Shown in pieces: positions 57,439-64,000 of a DNA stretch of 64,000 bases. The notes below the pieces were generated by a model that did no database searches, was not told where the DNA came from, and worked only from the letters and a program-made list of their open reading frames with translations. The position numbers were made by a program, and so were the translations under genes. Origin of the DNA: a virus (lineage: Duplodnaviria > Caudoviricetes); IMG/VR virus record IMGVR_UViG_3300025838_000022, positions 32,001 through 96,000 of that record; one strand, given 5' to 3'. Every line of letters begins with the position of its first letter. Position 1 is the first letter of the stretch.

Positions 57439-58546
57439 AGGTACAGACGCAATCGATAAGCTGATTGCTGACCTGAACAAGTTTACCCCTGAGGGATCAA
57501 CCAAGCCGTTGGTCCTTCGGGGTAACAACATTGAAAAGGTCAATGCCATCCCCTGCTTTACTCCTGCCCTGGCATACCTGCTTGGTATCGGTGGGTGGCC
57601 CGAGGGTAAGCTCATTGAGTTCTTCGGTAAGGAGCACTCGGGTAAGACTTCGTTCGCCATCATGGCACTGAAGGACTGCTACGACTATTACAAGGGCGAG
57701 AAAATGGTTGCCATCATCGACCTCGAGCACCGCTTTAACCCTGAGTGGGCAGAGAAGCTTGGTCTGAAGATCGATGAGAACCTCATCGTGGTACAACCAC
57801 CAGACGCCGAGACCGGTACTGATATGATGGTTGCACTTATTAAGAGCAAGCAGATTGGTGCCATTGTCTGGGACTCCGTTGGTGCAGCAGCTACCAAGCA
57901 CAGCATGCAGCAGCTCACAGACAAGAACGACAAGATGGGTGGCAACGCTGCAGTGATGAAGCGTAACGTCCAGACGGTTGCTCCGTTGGCCAACCTCTAC
58001 GGTGTTACCTGCTTCTACTTGAACCAGCTCCGTGCTGACATGGATGGATACAACCGTCCTATGACCCCAGGTGGCCACGCAGTCAAGCATGCTATGAGCG
58101 TACGCATCTACCTACGCCCAGGAAGTGAAAAGTACTTTGACAAGATCAATGGCGAGAACACTCAGGTTGGCAATCCTATCGTTGTTAAGACGGTGAAGAA
58201 CAGCTACGGCCCTCCCTTCCGTGAGGGTTGGACTGACTTCTACAGCCAGCCATGTGTCTACTTGGACCACCCAGGTATTGACACGCGTAGAGACCTTGCA
58301 CGTATGGGTATCCTCTTGGGGGTAGCTAACCGTGCAGGAGCATGGTTCACCTGGCGTGACATCAAGGCGCAAGGCCGTGACTCGTTCTTCGAGCAGATCT
58401 GGAACAGTGGTAAGGCAGACGAGTTCGAGGCAGAGATCATCGATGCCATCAAGAAGGGTTCAGGCATTACAGAGGTTGAAGGCGATGAGTTCTTTGGTCG
58501 CCCTTTGACCGCAGACACTGACGACCTACATGATCCTGAGGTCTAA
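57431..58546 (+). CDS. recA: RecA recombinase
   Basis: GGWPEG..IE.FG.EHSGKT, D.EH, WDSV, NQLR, PGG.A.K and GAWF motifs. Confidence 0.95.
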   Translation: MARGTDAIDKLIADLNKFTPEGSTKPLVLRGNNIEKVNAIPCFTPALAYLLGIGGWPEGKLIEFFGKEHSGKTSFAIMALKDCYDYYKGEKMVAIIDLEHRFNPEWAEKLGLKIDENLIVVQPPDAETGTDMMVALIKSKQIGAIVWDSVGAAATKHSMQQLTDKNDKMGGNAAVMKRNVQTVAPLANLYGVTCFYLNQLRADMDGYNRPMTPGGHAVKHAMSVRIYLRPGSEKYFDKINGENTQVGNPIVVKTVKNSYGPPFREGWTDFYSQPCVYLDHPGIDTRRDLARMGILLGVANRAGAWFTWRDIKAQGRDSFFEQIWNSGKADEFEAEIIDAIKKGSGITEVEGDEFFGRPLTADTDDLHDPEV

Positions 58547-58703
58547 GAACAGTGAAACAAGAAACAGCTAACGTCATGGTCCGCATCGTGATTGAAGCTA
58601 TGCAAGAAGTTGGCGTTACAGACGAGCAACTCGAAAAGATGAGTGAGATTGTGCCAAGAAAATTTAAAGAAGCAACCCTTATTATGAAAGCAGGTATGTT
58701 GTA

Positions 58704-58904
58704 ATGCAAGTTGGAGACACTGTAGTAGACATTAGATCAGTTGGCACCATCGTTGGGGTGTCTAAAGCTGGTAATCCCGTTGTTGAATGGGAGCAAGGCA
58801 CCATTGATTACAGGGATTTCGAAGAAGTCACACCAGAACTATTGGTTCTTGTGAACATGCCAAAGCCGAATGAGGAGCTTGACCCATCAAAGGACACAGA
58901 ATGA
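58704..58904 (+). CDS. Hypothetical protein
   Basis: One of a run of coupled small ORFs (also 58552..58704 and 58901..59074). Confidence 0.6.
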   Translation: MQVGDTVVDIRSVGTIVGVSKAGNPVVEWEQGTIDYRDFEEVTPELLVLVNMPKPNEELDPSKDTE

Positions 58905-59066
58905 TTGAGCACGAAGAAGAATACGAAGGCGTAACCATTTACGTTGATGCTAACGATAGCTGGCCCAGCAACCTTGCTGGAGTTCGTATCCTAGAGCAGA
59001 CAGCTATGCGAATGGAAGACGGTCGAGTTAAGATTATTGGTGACCCAGTGTGGAGTCTTGAGGCCA

Positions 59067-59249
59067 ATGACTGATTACGTACCCAAAAAGTCTACGTGTA
59101 AAAACTGCTTTAGAAAATTTGCCAACACAAACGAAATTATGCAGGGTGCTGATGGCACATGGGTACACACATTTATTAACGGTCAGCACTACCCTACCAA
59201 GTGCAACCTATGGGAAAATTGGGTAGCAGAACCTATGGAGGAATCATGA
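59067..59249 (+). CDS. Small Cys/His protein
   Basis: CKNC...W.H...C...AEP. Similar to 60738..60875. Confidence 0.6.
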   Translation: MTDYVPKKSTCKNCFRKFANTNEIMQGADGTWVHTFINGQHYPTKCNLWENWVAEPMEES

Positions 59250-59605
59250 GCAGTATCGGTAAAGGCAAAGAATCTTTGCTATCAAAATATGAAAAGCCGG
59301 TTGAGCCTACAGAGTTTGAAAAGGTGCTGCAAGAGATCCATGATCTCCACACCAAGAAACAGTCTGATTACGGTCGTCCAGAAGAGGGCGACCCCTTTGC
59401 TAACGTACGTGCCAGCGAAGACTTTGGCATCCCTGGATGGTTGGGCGCCGTAATCAGAGCAAACGATAAGGTTCGCCGCATCCAGAAGTATGCTCGTGGC
59501 GGTACCATGGTAAATGAATCAGTAGAAGATTCATTACTTGACGCAGCTGTTTATTTTATGATAGCCTTATGCCTGTTCAGGGAGCACAATGGAATCAACA
59601 CGTGA
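59246..59605 (+). CDS. DUF1599-like (nucleotide-modification-associated) protein
   Basis: KK..DYG, DK..RI and ESVEDSLLD...Y motifs. Confidence 0.7.
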   Translation: MSSIGKGKESLLSKYEKPVEPTEFEKVLQEIHDLHTKKQSDYGRPEEGDPFANVRASEDFGIPGWLGAVIRANDKVRRIQKYARGGTMVNESVEDSLLDAAVYFMIALCLFREHNGINT

Positions 59606-59852
59606 GAGCATAGAAAAGTGGCTCAAAGAATTTAGAGCTAGAGATAAAGAGCGCACGTCTGTCATTGAACTCGATTTGTCTGATGAAGAGCTTGCGCAGC
59701 TTACTAGAGCCTCAGAAGCACTTGGTATGAGCATTGATGAATACTGTAACTATGCTCTAGAGAAGGCTGTGTTCTCAAAACTTTGCCCAACCTGTCGTCA
59801 GTACCGGCCTGAACGTGATTCTATCTGTAATAAATGTGGTGAGGTTGACTAA
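59589..59852 (+). CDS. Putative ribbon-helix-helix plus Zn-ribbon protein
   Basis: LSDEEL..L...GMSI..Y followed by CPTC...CNKC. Confidence 0.55.
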   Translation: MESTRESIEKWLKEFRARDKERTSVIELDLSDEELAQLTRASEALGMSIDEYCNYALEKAVFSKLCPTCRQYRPERDSICNKCGEVD

Positions 59853-59991
59853 TGGAATATACGACAGGGTACTTGCTTAACCGGATTGGTGAGCTCAACG
59901 ATAAGCTAAATAGGATTGAAGAGATCCTTCTGCTTACTGAGATCAACCCATTGCTAAAGCTCTCAATGATTAATGGCGTGATTGATAAGAA

Positions 59992-60417
59992 ATGAAACGC
60001 AACCTTTGGAAGAAAGTAAAGCGAGAAGGTGACTGCTGGGTGTGGACCGGTAGCACGGCTAACCGTGGCTATGGTAGCATCCACCACAACGGCAGGAACG
60101 GCTACTTGCCTCACCGTTTGTCATGGGAGCTTTTGCGTGGGCCTATCCCTGAAGGACTAGTGCTCGACCACATGTGTCAGAACCGTCGATGTGTGAACCC
60201 AAACCACCTCGACCCAGTGACAAACCGTGTTAACATTCTGCGTGGTAAGAGTATTGCAGCGCAGAACTTCATCAAGACTGAGTGCGTCAATGGCCACCCA
60301 TTTGACAAGAAGAACACAAAAATCAGGAAGGACAATTCTAGATCATGTCGTCAGTGCGAGAGAGATCGTCTAAAGAAATTTCGAGAAAACCAAAAACTAA
60401 AAAAGCATCAAAGGTAA
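59992..60417 (+). CDS. HNH endonuclease
   Basis: CW.WTG...GYG...HR.SW...DH.C.NR.CVNP.HL...N motif. Confidence 0.9.
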   Translation: MKRNLWKKVKREGDCWVWTGSTANRGYGSIHHNGRNGYLPHRLSWELLRGPIPEGLVLDHMCQNRRCVNPNHLDPVTNRVNILRGKSIAAQNFIKTECVNGHPFDKKNTKIRKDNSRSCRQCERDRLKKFRENQKLKKHQR

Positions 60418-60419
60418 AG

Positions 60420-60599
60420 ATGGGCAAAAAGCTAGATAGAGCAATCGATAGCATTTATGCTTTAACTGTTGAAGCATACGGTAAAGTAGAGCACCACGGT
60501 AGCGAGCATGACTTCGGGTACGCTCAGGGATTGACCGAAGCAATGAAAATCTTACGTGAAGTTCAAAGAGACAAGACTATAAAGTTCCCAAGGTTCTAA
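60420..60599 (+). CDS. Hypothetical protein
   Basis: Small coupled ORF, followed by 60599..60760 and 60738..60875. Confidence 0.55.
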   Translation: MGKKLDRAIDSIYALTVEAYGKVEHHGSEHDFGYAQGLTEAMKILREVQRDKTIKFPRF

Positions 60600-60928
60600 T
60601 GGAAACTGAAGGTTATTGGCACAACGAATGCAAGAAGCTCCAGGATGAGCTTCGTCAAGTGTATCAACAGGTTAATTATTATGTTGTTGAGAATACAAAG
60701 CTACGTGAAGAGAATGTAGAGTTAAGGAAGAGCCTAGATGGATTGCAAGAATTGCAATAAAGAATTGAAGCTGGGTTCTAGATGGTTTATCCATAAGGAT
60801 AGCAACGACTCATGGTGCTACCCATTGATCAATCAGTTCTCATGGGAATACAAAATGGCTACACCAAATGAATAGTCCGTGCGTAACCTTGGTTATGCTG
60901 TTAACGTTATAAGGGATAAGGACTTTTA

Positions 60929-61366
60929 ATGTCACTATTTACGCAGCGGTTTAGTCAACGCCAAGAGCGAGAGCTCGAAGAGCAATGGCCTCTTGCACGT
61001 CGCACCGTAGGATCTGGTAACAAGTGGGAGAAGGGTGACCTCTCCACTAAAGAGCAGCACATGATGGAGTTTGTTATCGAAGCAAAGTCCACCCAGGCTG
61101 CATCTTTCAGTATCACCAAGAAAATCTGGGATACTATCAAGGGGCAGGCACAGGATCGTAGCTGGTTGGCTAGGCCAGTGTTAGCGGTACGCTTATATGG
61201 TGCAACCAACCAGAAGGCTGAGTGGGGTGGAGAGATTGCTCATACCCCTGAGACACTCCCGGTAGAATTAGATCTTATCTGTATGGACAAGGATGACTTT
61301 CTTGAGCTATACTATGACTACATACGTTTGAAGGAGCAAGATGCTAGTAACGATGCTAACGAATAA
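60929..61366 (+). CDS. PD-(D/E)xK nuclease, Holliday-junction-resolvase-like
   Basis: QE...GSG...KGD...IEAKST...SFSI motif. Confidence 0.72.
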   Translation: MSLFTQRFSQRQERELEEQWPLARRTVGSGNKWEKGDLSTKEQHMMEFVIEAKSTQAASFSITKKIWDTIKGQAQDRSWLARPVLAVRLYGATNQKAEWGGEIAHTPETLPVELDLICMDKDDFLELYYDYIRLKEQDASNDANE

Positions 61367-61486
61367 GATCGTTGACCTAGTATTTATGGTGCTCGCAGCT
61401 TTTCTTATTGAACGAGTAACTAAAAGGAGAAAGAATGGATGAGCAGCAATTGCAGTTTGATCTAAGATTTGATGACGAGCAAGAAG

Positions 61487-62239
61487 ATGAGTAGTTTTCT
61501 TGAGCGTACGCTAGCTGCGTACCAGAACGACGAGCCTATTACCAAGTACATCGAAGAAGCATTGATGCTTGGTGACGTGTTCCCTGAAGAGTACCCTGTT
61601 AAGGTATTTAACAAGGAACGAAAATTTGATAACATGTATCACCCTTCTTCAGACGTAACAGCGGGTGAGTTGCGCTTATATTATAGGTTCCATCCCGAAG
61701 AAAGGTTAAAATGTCAAGAAGAAAGAATAACACCCACCCTCGCTATGACTTTCCAGGTTGGCTCGGTTTTTCATTCAGTCATTCAGAATTTGCTAATTCA
61801 CATGGGCTTTACTTCGCTAGACAAGGTAGAAGTGAAGTTCAGAAACGAAGAGCGGATGATTGCTGGAGCAGTGGATGTATTGGAGCTCACAACTCCTGAG
61901 GGCACGTTCCTAGTAGACATCAAGAGTACCAACCAGCTTCCCAAGGAAGCGAGCGAGCAATACGCCATGCAGCTCAGAGTGTATCAGGACAACTGCCCTG
62001 GTGCGCCTGACCGCATGGCTTTGCTATTTATTCAGAAGGCTTACCCTCACAAGATCAAGACGATCGAGGTCAAGAAGGACCAGGAAGCCCTGGATAAGCT
62101 ATATGACAAGTGGTCACGTGTGCGCGTAGCCATCAGTAAGAATGATCCTTCTGAACTTAAGCATTGTTGTAATGGCCCTACGGATGAAGTATACTTAGGT
62201 TGTCCCGCACGTAAGATCTGTCACTACTGGAATAAGTAA
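61487..62239 (+). CDS. Cas4/RecB-like PD-(D/E)xK exonuclease
   Basis: HPSS, GS.FH, G.VD, DIKS, QL.VY and C-terminal C...CP..KIC. Confidence 0.8.
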   Translation: MSSFLERTLAAYQNDEPITKYIEEALMLGDVFPEEYPVKVFNKERKFDNMYHPSSDVTAGELRLYYRFHPEERLKCQEERITPTLAMTFQVGSVFHSVIQNLLIHMGFTSLDKVEVKFRNEERMIAGAVDVLELTTPEGTFLVDIKSTNQLPKEASEQYAMQLRVYQDNCPGAPDRMALLFIQKAYPHKIKTIEVKKDQEALDKLYDKWSRVRVAISKNDPSELKHCCNGPTDEVYLGCPARKICHYWNK

Positions 62240-62490
62240 TGACCGCCCAAGAACGCCAAGCCCTACGAGAGAAGCACCAGCCTCAACCGCACACGGAATG
62301 GTTTCCGGTGTGCGCCACCTGCAACACCCAATCACCCTGCGACGTAATCAAGGTATTGGACGCGCTCGATGAGGCAGACCGGCGAGCAGTGGCAAACTAC
62401 GAACGTGGATACGATGACGGTTATAAGGGGTCTGTTGCCGACGCCGAATGGGATCACTGGGCTGATGGAGTGGACGATGACCAACCCTAA
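62239..62490 (+). CDS. Small putative Zn-binding protein
   Basis: EKHQP...CATC...PCDVI..LDA. Confidence 0.7.
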   Translation: MTAQERQALREKHQPQPHTEWFPVCATCNTQSPCDVIKVLDALDEADRRAVANYERGYDDGYKGSVADAEWDHWADGVDDDQP

Positions 62491-62818
62491 TAAGGCCAAG
62501 GGTAGCAAGTGGGAGCTTGACGTTGCTAGATACTTCAATGAGCGTGGTTTCCCAGAAGTAGAACGTCGCTACGGCGCGGGAGCTACCCTAGACAAGGGTG
62601 ACATCAATGGTGTCAAGGATACTGTTGTAGAGGCTAAGAACTGGAAGAAGATCGAGCTGTCCACTATCATGGATGAGGCACTAGTAGAGCAGAATAATGC
62701 TAAGAAGCGGTTCGGCATCAGTGTCATTAAGCGACGCAACCGCAACGTTAAAGACGCTTACGTGGTCATGACTTTAGAACAATGGATCGATTTATATTCT
62801 TTTTTCGTGAATAATTAA
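62477..62818 (+). CDS. Holliday junction resolvase-like nuclease
   Basis: NKAKG..WE..V..Y...D.GDI...VEAKN motif. Confidence 0.82.
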   Translation: MTNPNKAKGSKWELDVARYFNERGFPEVERRYGAGATLDKGDINGVKDTVVEAKNWKKIELSTIMDEALVEQNNAKKRFGISVIKRRNRNVKDAYVVMTLEQWIDLYSFFVNN

Positions 62819-62831
62819 TCATCCAAAGTTA

Positions 62832-62861
62832 TTGATACATTAAATTAATGTAATATATACT
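62832..62861 (+). promoter_or_regulatory. SigA-type promoter in an AT-rich, repeat-flanked spacer
   Basis: TTGATA-N18-TATACT. Confidence 0.55.
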
Positions 62862-62889
62862 AGTATTGATACAAGAGATTGGATGACGA

Positions 62890-63462
62890 ATGAGTTCAAA
62901 TAGTGGTCTGCGCCGTGGCTTAGACTCGCTTACAGAGCCAGAGATGGATGCACCCCATGACGATAAGTTTGGGGATCTTCACCGATTCGTTGTACGGTCT
63001 TTTCGTTGGGAAGGCAAGCCCGAAGAGAAGGAAATGCTCGAGAGTATCGAGCAAGTTGTGGATAATTTCATCGACGAATACATCCAACCGGCTGAAGTAA
63101 TCATTGCCAGATTTAATACAGATAGTGGCCTTACTGGTGCCGAAGGCGACCGTCTATTCCTCAACCTCCAGAGCGCAATCGTTGCAATCGAGGAAGAGGT
63201 TACTAGACGTTATTTAAAGGCACAATTCTCCTACTACATGTTGGATGATAAGTATAACGCAGCTTATGTTAAGCATGCGAAAGGAACAACAAACGATTTG
63301 AATGCGAGAGCCCGTATGGAAACTCGTGATGATCGCTTGTTCTACTTTGTTCAGTATAGCGCATGGCGGATTATTAACGACAAGGTTAATAGTCTAAAGG
63401 CTACGCAAAGACATATACAAAACCAACTGTATCGTAGGGGTAACGGTGGGCAATACTCCTAG
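62890..63462 (+). CDS. Hypothetical protein
   Basis: 190 aa helical ORF. Confidence 0.75.
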   Translation: MSSNSGLRRGLDSLTEPEMDAPHDDKFGDLHRFVVRSFRWEGKPEEKEMLESIEQVVDNFIDEYIQPAEVIIARFNTDSGLTGAEGDRLFLNLQSAIVAIEEEVTRRYLKAQFSYYMLDDKYNAAYVKHAKGTTNDLNARARMETRDDRLFYFVQYSAWRIINDKVNSLKATQRHIQNQLYRRGNGGQYS

Positions 63463-63808
63463 AAAAAGCAGAAAACAAGAAGTCATCCGTGGAAAGATGA
63501 CCTGGCAGATACTCGAGCGTCTTCTCAATAACTACTGGGAATGGCAAGAGGTATACCGCACAACAGGTAACCCGGAATTACAGCTTCTTAACGGTGTCAC
63601 CGTAAACATTTATGACATCCTCAAGGGGATTGACAAGCTGCCGCCGAGACAAAAGCAGGCAGTTGTATTATCATGTTTAGAAAACCGTAAAGAAGTTGAA
63701 GTAGCTAGAATCATGGGCTTTACCAAGTGGTCATCTCAGGTTGGTATGTACAAGAGAAAAGCCCTACAACAACTATGTAACACGATATGGGCTAATGAGA
63801 ATGACTGA
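63446..63808 (+). CDS. Sigma-70 region-4-like HTH protein
   Basis: IDKLPPRQKQAV.L...EVARIMG...V...KAL..L. Confidence 0.75.
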   Translation: MGNTPRKSRKQEVIRGKMTWQILERLLNNYWEWQEVYRTTGNPELQLLNGVTVNIYDILKGIDKLPPRQKQAVVLSCLENRKEVEVARIMGFTKWSSQVGMYKRKALQQLCNTIWANEND

Positions 63809-64000
63809 CGATGGCAGACCTAATCCAGAGCAAGACTTTATTGATTTAGAAGAAAAATATAAGGATCGACTCCCACAAAACTGGGAGGAGATGAGTAGAC
63901 CCTCAAAGCTGGACTGGTTTGCTCACCGTATCCTGCTCGATTTGCGCGAAGAAACTGGTCGAGAAGGCTCAAAAGACTGGGGATTCCTCAGCGATTACCA
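63801..64000 (+). CDS. Hypothetical protein (3' end outside window)
   Basis: ATG at 63801, frame open to the end of the window. Confidence 0.55.
   Translation, partial: MTDDGRPNPEQDFIDLEEKYKDRLPQNWEEMSRPSKLDWFAHRILLDLREETGREGSKDWGFLSDY

Noticed and set aside
48672-58546. Inteins or introns in DnaB, DnaE or RecA
   Set aside because: Lengths are normal, motifs are contiguous, and no intein splice-junction signatures were seen.
61487-62239. Cas4-like gene as part of a CRISPR-Cas system
   Set aside because: No cas1/cas2 or array. Solo Cas4-like exonucleases are common in phage recombination modules.

Overview
This window is 64 kb of a tailed dsDNA phage genome, roughly mid-40s % GC by eye, with every credible gene on the + strand. 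The major capsid protein, contractile tail sheath, baseplate, WhiB, DnaE, DnaC, DnaB and RecA point to an actinobacterial myovirus with a layout like cluster-C (Bxz1-like) mycobacteriophages, but much more AT-rich. Positions 1-31.2 kb hold the virion module: capsid, fibres, an NlpC/P60 hydrolase, neck, sheath, tube, frameshifted tail chaperones, tape measure and baseplate. Next come an SNF2-type helicase, a structured intergenic RNA and whiB. A ~7.5 kb glycan cluster follows (GT4-, GT25-, GT10-, GT2-, STELLO/RGP-like enzymes, a methyltransferase-like protein and GDP-mannose 3,5-epimerase). After that are four U34 tRNAs and a replication/recombination module. The strongest unusual signal is Ser-Gly. 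This dipeptide is heavily enriched in the parts of virion proteins likely to face outward, and sits at fixed heptad positions in a coiled-coil fibre. It is absent from the tail tube and from the inner sheath and baseplate domains. Together with the glycan cluster, this suggests a phage-encoded, sequon-directed virion O-glycosylation system. All assignments come from reading motifs by eye; no database searches were run.
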